A stretch of DNA of 64,000 bases, taken from contig CM082578.2 in the NCBI GenBank assembly GCA_040954595.2, positions 10,671,166 to 10,735,165 on the forward strand. Reading direction: 5' to 3'. The notes under the pieces are model-generated. The model was not told where the DNA came from. It made no database searches and saw only the letters and a program-made list of their open reading frames with translations. The DNA comes from Balanoglossus misakiensis (lineage: Eukaryota > Animalia > Hemichordata). Positions 15,101 through 28,904 of this stretch are shown here, piece after piece. The position numbers and the translations under genes were made by a program. How positions within the stretch are numbered: position 1 is the stretch's first letter; each line of letters opens with the position of its first letter.

Positions 15101-15837
15101 AGTCCTCAGCCGAAGACGATAATTCCCATTTTGGATGGTTCTGAGAAACGGGCATCTTATAATGATGCTTTGATTGTGCCTATGGGTGTGTGTGTGGGCG
15201 ACTTTAATATTTTAGATGCCGTGAACCGAAGTTGATGCGTCTGTGTAGGTTAATTAATTGAATATGGGCAGGAGAAAATGACAACATAAATCAGTCTGCG
15301 GGATAAAGTTACGGAAAATAATAGCCACACGTACGCGATTTGTAGGTTAAATTAACATGGTTAACCATTAAACTGAGGGGCCCAAGGTACCAGCAACCGA
15401 AACACTGAGCGCGAGATCTTGAATTCGACCTAAAGGTAAAAAAACTTACAGTATTCGTTTCTAGATTATAAAGGTTAATATGTATCTTGTAATTAATTCA
15501 GTGACACCAATAACAACCAGTTCGATTTCTGCGCCCCAAACTGGATTTTGACGACAGCGCCAAGAGCGGGAAAGGTCGCTTAATAATTATCTACTTTCGT
15601 TTTTCTCCAAGAAAGATTGTGATTTTCCCTCGTTTTCCGGCGGCAGAATGCTGTCACTGGCTCGCTTCTAATAGGATTAACTACGAGTGTGTTTTGACCT
15701 TTAGCCACATATTAATTATGAAATGTCTAGGCGGCTAGAGCTAGGATGACGCCACCTTAAATTATAAGTGTTCTATAGCTTGCAAGGTGAATGAAATCCA
15801 GGGACAAGTTTCTCGGCGGTGAATCGGTGCACAACTC

Positions 15838-16079
15838 TCAAATGGTCACATCGCCCTTGGTCTCCAACGGAAATGCATCATCTCGCCGGCCATAGTTGAT
15901 GACAGTACAGTCGCGGCGGTCCTCGTCCCCGCTGTTCTGTTCAACTACATCGATCTGTTGGCTCTTCATCAGATATCGTCTTCGTAATATCTGCATTAGC
16001 TAATAAACGACATTGAAAAGTGCAATTAATAATGAGATACAAATACTGAGCTGATATATGATATTAAAAGAGTGAGTGA

Positions 16080-16110
<31 letters not shown>

Positions 16111-19100
16111 TAAATTGATCACTAACCCTTTCATAGGAGAGACAACCAGGCCGCTCGCGTTCCTTACGAATCTGCATCTGTGAATAAGAAGTCACGGCCG
16201 ACAGTGAGTGCAACATTTTGAAGACAGGAAAATACTTTTTGGTCTTTAAAAAATCGTCGTTCACTTCGCTTGTTTGTTTTCGTTCCTTTTGGTACACTTA
16301 CTTCTATCTCGTCGTCTTCGATGCCCACCCCTTCATATCTTTTCCCAAGAAGCAGATGGAACAATCTCTTGGCGACGTTAGACATCGACTTCGGAGACGG
16401 TATTAAGTTGAAAGGCGGGGGCAGAACTGGACCAACGAAGAAATCCAGCCACATACTTGTACGAACAAACTTCCACTCGACATCGATGTTTTCCTGTAGG
16501 TGAAGGTTGGTAAAGGTTGGTAAAGGTCAGGGGCTGACCAAGTTTACGGGGTACCAAATCATGACCCAAACCTGTGATCTTTCAAATGTCGCCTCTCACC
16601 TTTATTTTGGTGTAGGTGTCTGACATCATGGCGATGCACAGATTAAGCAAAACCAGCATAACAATTATGCAGAAGAGGCCGTACAGAGTTAGTCCCATTG
16701 TTGTGTAGATGTACCCGAAATCCATGGTGACGGTGGTCGCGATGGTCTCGTTTTGGCCGTTGGTGGCGTTGCTTCTGGTCGTTGATACCAGCATCTCCTT
16801 CTCCATGGTTGCATCAAGCGACGACGTACTCTCTTTTCCAAATATTGAAAAAAGCAGCTGCTTTGTACTCGAGCCTAACCTAAATAAGCACATACGAAAC
16901 GGGCCACTTTCAAATTGATGAAACATGGTCGGAACTGGGTTTGTCACTCGTCTCTCTCAAATATTCGTCCCTTGCAGAATCAAGTAAACACGGAAAGTAC
17001 TGGGCCTATTTCCCTGAACGTTGTCACAACGACAAATATCTAGAGCTTCTCAAAGGGCGCGTATTCCTAATGACACTTGTGCATAATTCCCAAATGCTTA
17101 AACTCGATTTTGGGTTGCATTTTCCAACTTTACTCAATTCCAACTTGCATGCACACTATACAAGACTTACCCTGAAAACTCGTTTGGCGGGTAGACTTCG
17201 GTGTAGACATAGAAAAATCCGACGGCGAACGAGGTGACGATGAAGGCGAATAAACAAAGGAAACGATAGATGTCGCTCTTCATACACGTGAACGTCAGCA
17301 GCATCGGCCCCAGCACGGTGTTCAGATAGAAATTCTGCATGAATCTGAGGCAGGCTAGAACCAGAATGAAGGCGCTGAGGTTGAAGACGACGGTCCACTC
17401 GACACTGGCGCCGATGTCGATGCCGTTCAGTCGGATGAAGAGGTACAGCAGGAGAATTGTCAGCGAGGAAAGCACGATGAGAATGTCCAGAATGTTCCAC
17501 AGATCCGAGGCGTACACATTCTGCCCGTGGAACATGCGCTGTTGAATTTCGCGCCACAACATGGCGAACAGCCAAATCAGCAGGACGTAGTACAGGGAGG
17601 TGTAGTTGATGGGGGCGCCGGGCAGCAGGTAGTGGATCACCCCGAAACAGAAGAAGAGGACTATGAAGGCCGTGTAGGACCACAGATACATGAGAAAACG
17701 CGCCTTCGGCGAGTCGATGACTTTCGAGAGGGGCGAGCAAGGTGCGAAGATGTGAGCCAGCGCCAACAGCGGCTGACAGACTGCATACACGAAAAGACAG
17801 TACGCGCTGTACAGTGCCATCCATCGCCAACCGTTGTTCTCCGACCACTCAGGCTGTCCACGTAACCAGGCAGCGCGGACCATGTGCTGGCACTTTGGGT
17901 GAGCTACAAACTGTAAACAACAACAAAACAACATATCAATGACCAAAGCATAGAGTAGGAGTACATGTATATTAATCGAATTTATCAAAGATTCAAATAG
18001 TTTTTCATATTTGGTCGTTGATTTGTTGAACATCTCACTTGCCTGCTCTCCCTGTAACTGATCGACTAGGGATAGTAGACTGATCATTGTTATAATTGTG
18101 TAATAATTCTGAACTACCCCTGACTGTCGATGGTGTCTAATGGACCACCGAGCTGAACAGCCCTGGGCATCACCTCGTGCCAACAGATCTAGATTTACCT
18201 CCTTTTGTCCCATCTCAATAGCTCTCATAGCAGTTGTCGGAATAAACCGATCATCTCCCGTAAATCGCGACGACTTCTTTGGACCGTGAAGCAAAGTGTT
18301 GACTTCTTCGCCAGAGTAGCAGCAGTCCAACAATTCTACGACGACATTTTTCACTCGTGCTTCTAATTCTCGGTACTGATCCTGAAAAAGAAGAACATTA
18401 TTTTCCTCTATGATCACAACGCATCGCCCCAGCGCCAAGAGGTCGCAGTAGAATGCAAATAGGTGCAACATGCACTCGAATGCTCGACAGATTCCGTGTG
18501 ATAGCTAACCTTACACGTGTCGTACACTCCCTTTGAGTTCGACAACGCATGCATGTCCTTAGACAGTTCCAACGCAGCATTCACGGGGTCGTCGCACATC
18601 AAAACCAGGTGTGCCGGACTGGTGAGGGCGCCATACAGTCTCAACCTCCGCGTTACCATGGTCAAATCTTCACTGTATCCTATCATTAGGGCAAGGGGAC
18701 ATATTTGTTAATATTCATTTAAAATAGCGGATCATTAGTTCAAATGGCAATGTTTCCGATGAAGCTCATTTCCAGCGAAATCAATCTGTCTGCGTGTGAC
18801 ATTTGCTTAGAAAATGAATTTGGTATGAATAGCCCTGTGATTAAATGTCTACTTTGGCAGAGATGGTGGAAATAATTTTAGGTCTCTATAGTATACAACG
18901 CATGATAAATATATGAACAGTTTTCTTGAGACTACGACAAAAACAATTTACAATTGAGTTTTTGGTGATTACTTTCGGCGCTTGTGACGACTCCGTTTTT
19001 GCATAATTTGCGTCTCGGGAAATTCGCACGGCAGACGAACCACATTGTATCGGCAAAACGTGACGCGTGACTGCGATGCTAAGAGAGGGACACCGTGCTT

Positions 19101-19644
19101 ACCGCGGGGTGGTTGTGGTTTAACTACCGCCTCGGCTCCGTGGTCCCGCAACAGTTTGACGATGGTGAAGTTGTTCTTCTCCGCGGCCAGCTGCAGCGGT
19201 TTCACTCGCTGCATGTCCGCCCTTGTTATTTCGCAGTTGATGTTGAATTTGCAGTCCTGAAGTATGTATATATAGAGAGTGTTACCTAAGTGTTCTCTCA
19301 AAACGTGAGTCATTTTTACATCAGCATAGCAATAGAAGGCGCGTGCTTATTGTAAAATGAAACCGATAAATCTTGTTACCACTGCAACTACATTGATGCC
19401 AGCCTAACTCCTAAATGTTATGTTAGTGTCAATCGACCGTCTACAAAATACCGAAAGTTTGTTTCAACGGAAATGACTTTACACATACCCGCAGCAGTCT
19501 TCGGACCCGCTTCTCGTCTTCTTCTTCGATGGCCTCAAAAAGTTCTTCCACCCCGTTCTCCCAACTCTGCGCTTCATTTTGGTCGTTCAGGCGGGATTCC
19601 GTCGTGTCGTTCATTAGAATCAACGATGCATTGTTGTCGGCCAT
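15838..19644 (-). CDS. TRPC-like (canonical transient receptor potential) cation channel, divergent, about 695 aa
   Basis: Coding exons: 19644-19489, 19256-19103, 18679-18510, 18381-18199, 17910-17171, 16879-16600, 16493-16302, 16177-16127, 15999-15838. All introns are GT-AG and phase-consistent. Motifs: ankyrin-like PLQLAAEKNNFTIVKLL; RLRLYGALTSPAHL; FVAHPKCQ; TM segments with LGPMLLTF S4-S5 linker; LLNLCIAMMSDTY; TRP box EWKFVR; LPPPFNLIPSPK; CIRB-like YERLMQILRRRYL. An acceptor at 19654 implies an unlocated upstream exon, so the start is tentative. Confidence 0.9.
16080..16109. repeat. (GTT)n microsatellite in the last TRPC intron
   Basis: About 10 consecutive GTT units seen directly. Confidence 0.95.
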
Positions 19645-20779
19645 CGCCAAAGCCTGCAAAACAGACCAAAGGTGTCAACAAATGCAACTTTCTTCCCCCA
19701 GCTCACTTTCCCCGCCTCGTCTGGCTTGACTGCCGAGTCCCAGACTGTCCTGCCAATCATTTCAAAGTCTGCCAATAATTGCATGTAAATTTATTCAAAA
19801 GGCGCGAAAGTTTCATGTACCTGTCAATTACAGCGGAGACAGGACAACTGCGTCAAATTATTAAGAGACATCTTTATACGATCTCAAAAAGATACTTATC
19901 TCGGCAAGAAAGAAGTCAAACTGTCTAACTCCATGAGAATTGACAAGAATAAATGTGTAATTAGGGGTGGACGAAATACTGATTATATTATTATAGTGTA
20001 CTTGGGGAAAGACACACGTATAATATTGAAATGCCACATTACTCGAAATTGCAAAACTCAGCTACATTTAGGGAACGCGATTATGGATTCCAGCCACTTT
20101 GTCGTTCGCTCATATTCTGTCACCGGCGGGAAATCTTCTCGATTAAATCCACAGTTCACGGTATACGAGAAACTGTAAATAAGCCAACTGACAGTGACAG
20201 TGATGTACTGGAATTTGGAGATTGAAATTCGCGACGCGTCGTTGTCCGATGGAAATGACATAGCAAATTTACTTTCTAGTGGACAGTTTTAATTTGCGGC
20301 GCACCTTACAACAAAACAAAGAGATGACTTGGCTGCGTTTCGTGAATTCATGATGAACTTGCTCTGAGTTTTTCGCCAACCGTGTGGAACTATGAATCTT
20401 TAATAGTGAAATTTGGGATGTGTCGTAAAGTTATGGCTTTTTAATGAATATACCCGGTAATGATAGAAATAACAAAACAAAACAAAACAAAGCTACAAAT
20501 TTGTATTTCATACTATTCCTGTACGAATCATGGTAGCAATCCTGATACATCACACGTCACTGCCGCGTATACGTTCTCAGGCTGCAAATCAAGTTGACTA
20601 AGTCTTATTTTTCTCACGTTATTGACAGATACTCGATGCGTGTTACGAGCCCCGGTTGCGGGGAGGTAAATGCGACGTCAGGAGGGAGCGTGAAATTATG
20701 ATTCCATTGCGTCAATAAAATTGATTTTGAAATCCGGGCATCTTAATTGCACGCATCACGCGGTCGTGAGATGCATGCA

Positions 20780-21380
20780 AGTGGATGTATAGCTTTGCGT
20801 ATGACTGTCCCGATACTCGTTTCTTAAACCTGCATGAGCAAGTATTGCCAAGAATGATATGAGTAGTTCGCTGAGCATTAATTCGCGCAGAGGTTGTTGT
20901 CTGGGGTTGCCATCTTCCGATCCAGAAGACTTGTGTGAGTTTATCATCAAGCACAATGTGTTCATAAAGTCACTCAGTGTATTTCGATCAGAGTAACGAG
21001 AATGCAAATGGATGATCACTTTAGATGTTACGTGTAGGCAATGAGATAAATTACAAATGATAGCATGAATTTCTGCGACCAGACAAAAAACAATCCTTCC
21101 CGTTTGATTGTTTGACGTTCGAGGCAAATGAGTTGTGTGCCCAAAGCTGATGAATTGACCCAAGTAACATATAGGAGTTCAGGGGATGAGTCATTCTCTG
21201 AATGAAGTAAGTTTGTGAGTGAGTTGTGTAATCGAATGATGTGATACCAGGCAGACGCAAGAGATGCGTTTGGTGGGCTGTGAATGAGGATGTACACAGG
21301 CATGGGAACCATCTGCTTGAGAAAAAATATCGGTGTCCAAAATATTCATTGGACAACGGGGGATAACGTGTCGATGAAGG
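20780..21380 (-). mobile_element. Decayed tyrosine-recombinase fragment (DIRS/Ngaro-like retroelement or Crypton remnant)
   Basis: Frameshifted pieces occur in the expected order. THLPRTSNNQTGR resembles HLxRSKTDQxG. SH..FWIG resembles HSFRIG. IILG and YAKLYIH resemble LGRW..AYxxYIR. There are several stops and frameshifts. Confidence 0.5.
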
Positions 21381-24300
21381 CAACATTGGAATTCGGGACG
21401 AAATCAACTTTAATTGTGAATTCTTTCATTATGCTACAGCCGATCACCGATATCATCTTCTTCATAGACTCATATTATAGGCTTCAGCAATTAAGTCGGG
21501 CGCCGAAGTCGGTGATGTCAAGGTACACACTTGCGACGAGGAATTTTAACGCGTGTCTTGGATTCAGATATATCAGCCAAAAATGTCACAGCGACATTAC
21601 TTATTCCGTATGTCAATTGTCTGTAAGCTGGTAAGACTGGTAATACCGGTTTAAATGACATTTTGTACAGGTAATAAATAAGGCAAACGCAGTGAATTCC
21701 ATTGGTTTGCCCTAACAGCATACAAAGCCCTTTATATAATGTATGAGTCTATCCGGCGATGAGCGATTGTAGTTTTTTTACGGTCTGTTTACATGCTCGC
21801 AATTCTCGGCATTCCATAGAAACCTTCGAGTTTTGCACACTTGAAATTTTGAAATGTCTTCTTCTCAGACTTCCCATTTTACTCACGTTTTTGTTTTAAG
21901 CATGAGGGTAAAATGTGTTAATTAATTTTGTATCTGTGCCGCGATGGCCTCCCCAAGCAACTTTCACACAGTGAATCCTTGAGGGAAAAACCAAATCAAG
22001 TAATCGCCCTCTGAGGTGTACTTACCCGTGGCAGTCCTGTACGCGTACGTAAAACATTCTGGTGGCGTTAGATCAATCAACAAACACATCGGAAAATGGG
22101 GGGGGGGGGGGGGCTCTTATTGAAGCAGCGATCATGGAAGAAGAAATACGGGTACCGAACATTTAAAAGACCCTGGGATGCTTCGTCCAAATTACTAATA
22201 CATGTAAATACATTTTAAGCATATTTTCAAGTAATGAGATCGAAAGATGAATGTGATAGTAAAAACATTAAAACATTAATGGGCACAATGGAATTTTACA
22301 ATGTTTGTGATGCGAATACGCAGCGACCTCAAACAATATCCCCTGACATTTTATGGCATACACATATGGTAGTTTATATGAATTTTAAGGAACAAAGAAT
22401 ACTATAGTTTAGCTGTGTATTTGGATGCTATTTTTGTCGGGTGATTTATTATCATTTCTTGCACACGAGAAGGTTTGTCGCTTTGGTGCTGGGTACATGT
22501 TTGTTCGAGAACAGAATATATTAATTCTATTTTTGCGATAACGATGCTGCAGTACTAGTTTTTCTTTTCAAGTATCGTCCACTGCAATATTGTGGAAAGA
22601 CACTAACATATAGATGGTTTAGTTATGGGTTGATTTATGTGTTCAACGCAGAAGAAACTAACAAAGGTAATGCACAGAAGGTACCGCTACCAGCACCTTT
22701 TCCATCAAGCATTCACACGATATTTATCTTCCATGCCCGACTGCCTGCGAAACTTTCGAAACTACACCGCGACTAATGCCAGACTGGACTGAAAGATCCG
22801 TCGCCCAAGGCGCCCTCTATCCTCCTCGAGCGATAGGTATATCGTTGTCTTCTTCTTGGCGTGAATTTATCTCCGAGAATGGCACCTCGCCGATCAGCGG
22901 TTATGCTGTCTAAAACCATCATCGCACGTTCGGATGTGTCATGTGATTATCAAGACGTGGCACGGCCGCCAATCACTGTGGCAACTTATCACTTTCGCCA
23001 ACTGGCATTCTTGCTCTTTGTTTCATATCCGTTCTGACATGTTGCTACGAAGGTTTCTGGGGTATACCCGGTGTTTTTGCAAACATCATATCGTGACGGT
23101 GTTCCTTTAAAGTATGGTGTTGTTCTTTGCACAGATATTACACTGTGCCGACTGCCAAATATGTTAATAAAATGTATTTCTAATCGTTTAAAATACAAAA
23201 GTCACTTGTGAACGCCCCACACTGCAGCGTGTTCATTCACGTCATATAATGTGATTATACCCCCAACCACATGAACCAGTACCTGTCGCGGGCAACTATA
23301 AAACGAAGCCACCCAACACTAGTACTTTGTACTGTAAAAGATATCACAACAGAGAGCAAAGCTTATCTCATGAGGAATAGTGCTGTTTGCAGAACGATAA
23401 TTGCTGAAAACACACAAAGCAATTGTTCATCGTTTATCATTACGATTTCAGTAGTGTCCATCATTTGTTTGCCTCATACGAGAGAGCGTACGATCCAGCC
23501 ACGGTAGGACGAGACACTCCACGCGGTTAAAAGTGCGTCATAACGTATCAGATGCTAAAACTCACCTTTCATGAACTTTGTCTTCGATTGACACTTGCGG
23601 CTGTTGGTTGTACTCAACTGTACCTATGCAGACACGGTGTGTGTAATGATCGAGCAACTTGCCACGAAGTGTTCTGAAAAAAAGCAGCAATGTGACCGTA
23701 TAATGTGAAATTTAAATTAGATCCAGACACGTTTAGTTATGCAAAACACGTGACACTGATCGAACGTCGATTCGAGATATGAAACTTTCCGGAAGAAACG
23801 CCAAATTGTTATTTATGAGCACACGTTGCTTTTAATTAACAAGGTTCTGATTAATTCCCGCCTGAATACTAATAGGCCATAACAGAGTCATTAATTTTGC
23901 ATATGTAAGCGTTCAAATTACCTGTGTTTAAATGCCCCTATCTTGCTGTTGATCTTAACTGCACAGTACCATATATACAACGCTTCAAGTTTTGATGTTG
24001 GTCGTTAATTTGGGTAATTGTCTTCTCTAAACTTGTCTTTTTAGAGATGATAAACTTCACTGATAAATCGAGTTTAGTCTCCCGTGACATTGCCCATTTA
24101 CCTCTCACCCAATAGCAGTCCTAGGACTTATTGAGAGACCATTACTGTTGTACGCGTTAATAAACTTGTTTTCGTCAAATTCCCAGGTGTGTCCCTCAGC
24201 TAAAAGGCGGGCGATCCCGGTCTACTGTGGCGACCACCGGGGCGCGCCCGTAGGGACTTCTCCGACAAAGCGCGGGTAATATATCACGAAGACGTTTTAT

Positions 24301-27300
24301 GTCTCGGATAGACTGCAACAGATTATCCGTTATGGACGTGCTTTGTGGGGGTACATTCCGTGATTAGTTTTGGCCCGGGGTGTGAATGACGAATGCCCGC
24401 CAAGGCAAGGTAGACTGCGACGCATCATGGCTTCCGTAGAAATTTCGTGAAGAACGATTAAACATCCACTTAGATAATTTATTGCATAATTAAAATTTAT
24501 CCTTGGCATATATTCACACTATATTTTTTGACAGCTTCATTAGTGCATAAAATAGGGGTGATGGGCGTTTCAGAAGAAAACAAAAGAAATAGGTCAGTTA
24601 TATTCATAAAGTTGAACAAGGTAATACGTGATGCGATATTCAAACAGCCAAAGTGAACTTGGTCATCCTACGCAGGCGCAAAATCGTGCGATAACCAAAG
24701 TGGTGATGGACGGGGAGGCAGCCTGTTGGAAACGAAAGTTTCCCTACACGGGCCTTGATGGCGCTATCAATATTGCAATTTGCATGAGAATACCTGGTTG
24801 TCAGGAAGTCGTCGGCTGTCATTTTCGCCTCTGCAACGATCTCCAGCCGCAAGCAACGACTGGTTGCTGGGTTTAACCAACTGCTTTTCCGCCTTGGTGT
24901 CACCGGATTTGACCTTGGTGAGTACAAGTTCTACTTTATTAGGGGCTTCGTTTGGCAACAAGGGAATTGGGGACTCTTGACATTGCACTATTGTTAACCT
25001 GGAACTGTGGAGGATCATGGTGCAACAATAACACCTGTTCTGCCGTGGTGCCATTTATAGGCTGACCCCATTTAGCTGTCACCCCTTCAAATTGAGTGTC
25101 AATAGATTCCCTTCAGTTCGCCGCTGACAACGTCGCATTCTATACCACCCCCTCCCCCTCTTCCTCCTCCAGTCGTGTGCAATTTGGGACTTCGAGGAAG
25201 GGCCAAGAAACTCGCGAATTTCTTCACTGCCAAGTAGGCCTAGGCCTACAGTGGTTTTTGTTTGGTTTACTCTAAGAGGTTTATTATGCCACTGACCTCT
25301 TCTGTTTAGCTTCAGCAACGGTGTACATGTATTCCTAACTCACTTTATGATATAGACCCATTTACACGTTTAGTAATTTTCTAGTAATAATTCACCGTAC
25401 GGAAATAAAAGTCCCACTACGCTTCACTGTGGTTACCCCATGTATTTCTGCACGTTCCGACCCCGGTGTATATTGTGTGTGTTCGAGATTTGCGAGCTTA
25501 TCCAGCATAGTTTGGCTGGCAGCTACTGTTGACCGTATTCCAAAACAACAAAAATGTGTTTAGCCGTAATACTTCTGCACCGCCTATAAGGGCTTCTCGA
25601 GAAACGGTGCACGGTGGAGAATGCATTGATGGGCCGGTTCGGACATCGGCCCTATAGTAACCATTGCCCATATTTATCGATTGTGTCACGCCATGATATA
25701 TTTATGTGTGACCACGACCTCTTCTGACAACTGGTGTGAGCGAGTCATATGTCAGTGCCGCAAAGTGATGTGAGGCAGCATTTTTCAGTGTGCGATGAAA
25801 GCAACTTTACACATCACACTTCGCGTCACGCTCATTTCGGGCCCTATACTGAAGGAGGCTTATACACTCTTGTCTTGCAGTGCAGGGTAAGATGCCAGGC
25901 CGAGAACATAGATACGATGCCAAACCATCGGCTAAGACTCCTCGCTGTCCGTACAGTAAGTTTTACATCGCACACTCTGTAGAGCTTTGTTGTGTTTTTT
26001 TTGCTCCCATTTGAAAACGAGGAGTCTAGTACAGAACGTTTATGCAAAACAGTCACAGAAATCTCAAGATTTGTCTGATTCCTCTGTGTTTTCTTCTTCA
26101 CAGCCGAGAAGCTGGCGGCCAAGCAGAAAGGATGGATTTCTCCACTTGAGAGGGCGCCATTCAAACCCTCGTCAAAATATCCACACAACCTTTACCCTCA
26201 ACTCCACATGCACATTCCCGTCAATTATTAGCATAGATCTTTCAATATCGGAAACTATATAGTTGTTATATTTTTGTCGTGTGCTGTCAAGACAATTCTT
26301 AGGATTTTGTCAACTGTTTACATGATCCCGTTGAAGACCGTGACATCTCCGCTGTCTTTTTCAATGTGCCAAGCATCGAATGGGGTCGCTGCTGTCGCAT
26401 TTGAACGTAATCGATCGCTTTCGGAATCGGATCTGAACGCCGAGTCATCGCTGTTCGCCATCATTTTTAAGCGAATGAATTTGAACACAGTGGCTCTGGT
26501 CTTGTCGTATGTGTAACATTTTTGAATGTCAGTGCGATTCTACTCGTGCGATGCCACGGTTTCGCCACAATTTCTCCACCCGTCTTCAACCATTTTAGAA
26601 ATCACGCTGATTTCCAGTTCGAAGGTCGGCCCGGGCAAATACCGACAGTTGAGCGGGCAGGTTTTGCCCTTATGCGAGAAGCTATACTGCCCGCATTAAC
26701 CATCTGGGCCCATCCGCCTGAAGATAGATAGAGGGAGATTTCCATCCGCTCTCTTTGGTCTGAATACGAACGCATCGATCGGTTTACCCGGCGGAAGAGA
26801 GAATACACCAGTTGATGGGGGCGTAATCGTCTCAGATAGACAAAACGGAAATGCTTCAATTTCAACGGGACAAAAGACCTTCTTTCTGCTAAGCTTTCTT
26901 CGTTTTTTCGTCTTTTGGTGAAGACATGCTTGAGCTGTCTCTACACGTGTTTTCTAGCAGGTGCGCCGGTGATAAAATAAGTTTAAGTGATGAAGACATT
27001 AAAACGCAGTGCCAAAATCATCACTGCGCTTTTCACCCAATTATCTTGTAATGCACTGCATCAATCGCGGCGATCTCTGTGTCAAATATCTTCATCTAGT
27101 GTCGCGAGCATTTAACGAACGTTAAATGTGTATTCCATGCGAAATATGTTCATGAGTTTATACGTCTTGGTTGCTGAACTTTATTTATACAATAGAATCA
27201 CGGTTCGTTTCCACGAAGTAGAATTCCTATGAACCACAACAGACTACAAATAAGGATTGCCTTCACGTCGGAAGTGTATTGTAAATTTGAATTTCTGTAC

Positions 27301-28831
27301 AAGCCTGGCATATGAAATAAATCTTGTGGCTTTCTGTTATTTCTGGTAGTGTCATGTGACCGGTTATGATATTGCTGCGCGTCCATTTTATCCTTACCGC
27401 CTCGCGCCCTCCTCTTTTCAAAATCGTCTTTACACAGTTTACGACTCTTTGCGGAACGTTTTGTTCAGTATTTGTCAAAGGCCTCGTTGGTGCGATACTG
27501 GAGTGCAGGGAAACTACTTCTGGTATAGCCTTATCTGACAAACTTCATATTTGCCCGTGATGGCGCTGTTTGTTTGGCTAACCCCCATCGCTGAATAGCG
27601 TCGACAAATTTGCATGAGAATTGACGGCTTGTCGTTGCTATCTGGGCTTTGTGTTTACGATAACAGCATACAAGGTACTACATGTTGCCAATGCGTCTGT
27701 TATTATCGTTCCGAGTTCAGCTTCCTCCCCGTGCCTCTTGTTTGTACGTGTGATCAACGTCGCCAAACCAGGAGCCGCTAACTAAACACTACGGTTGCCG
27801 ATAGCCGGTAGGTATTCTGTAGTTTATATTCAAACCTCAGGACGTAAAGCCATGCGTCCAGTGCGTGAATTGAAGCGTAGACGCCCCGGTCTTGGCACAA
27901 GAACTACGCCGCTCCCTGGGTGCACTTCGAGCGCCCCATTCGACCGAGGCCATTTCGACTGCATTTAGTAAGCATGTACGTTTACTATTAGGGTAGGTAC
28001 GGAAGTATAGTGTGCCCAGGGGTGTTATCGCACCAATTGCTGGTCGGGTCATATTTTAGCCAGAGGATGGTGTCGGTTGTGTTTACTACCACTTCATCCT
28101 TATCGCACCGTCTGACATCAAAACGTCCGGGACAGATCTTGACCCGTGAATCTATGACAACACGGCGTATAGGACACGCACCGTATACTTGAACGTCACC
28201 TCACTGGCGTTGAAATTTTAATGGGCAGCGATGCTCACCTGACAGGTTACTGCATTGGACCACCAAAGTTTGCAGAAGCCGCGTACAATGGTAAATGTAT
28301 TTAAAAGACAGTTTAAATCCTAGTGCTAATTTTCTTACGTTAATTGGCTTTACAACGGATGATCGCCCCAGACACAAAGCTTTGCCGTATCTCGTTAGCA
28401 AATCCAACCAGTCTCAAACTCCTGCGTGCTTAGGCCATGATGGTACCTTCATGCTTAGACTGTTCTTTCTTTTGTGTGTGGCTCAGACGAAATTTTCCGG
28501 TGGGGCCTCAATATTCCCAGGTGACCAAATCTCAAGGCTACCTTTCCAAGACGTTAAACTCAGTGTAGACCTGCGGGCGATTACTTGAAAGGCACATCAC
28601 AACCTTGCATATGTCACCTACGTGGCTTGAACTTCGATAGATACTATTACATTGTACTTATAGCTTGCTTGGCTGTTAAGTTTTATAGCCTGTCCATTTC
28701 TGTCTACTGTATTGTCCATTGCGCTGAGCTGCCGACCGCACGTTTCATGATTACAACAAGGTGGTGATCACCTCTTTTCGCGGAGTGACTGTACTGTGAT
28801 CACACCTATCGATTGAGTATTTGATTGTAGC

Positions 28832-28863
<32 letters not shown>

Positions 28864-28904
28864 CATAGATACATAGATACATAGATACATAGATACATAG
28901 ATAG
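28832..28904. repeat. Compound microsatellite (GATA)n followed by (GATACATA)n
   Basis: Seen directly: about 7-8 GATA units, then about 5 GATACATA units. Confidence 0.95.

Noticed and set aside
17156-17848. 230-aa alternative-frame ORF and antisense ORFs over the large TRPC exon
   Set aside because: Shadow ORFs caused by high GC3 codon usage.
17167-18471. 434-aa ORF treated as one continuous coding region
   Set aside because: It reads through introns (18198-17911 and above 18381) that happen to be open. The splice signals and TRPC motif continuity (GQKE|FVAHP) support splicing.
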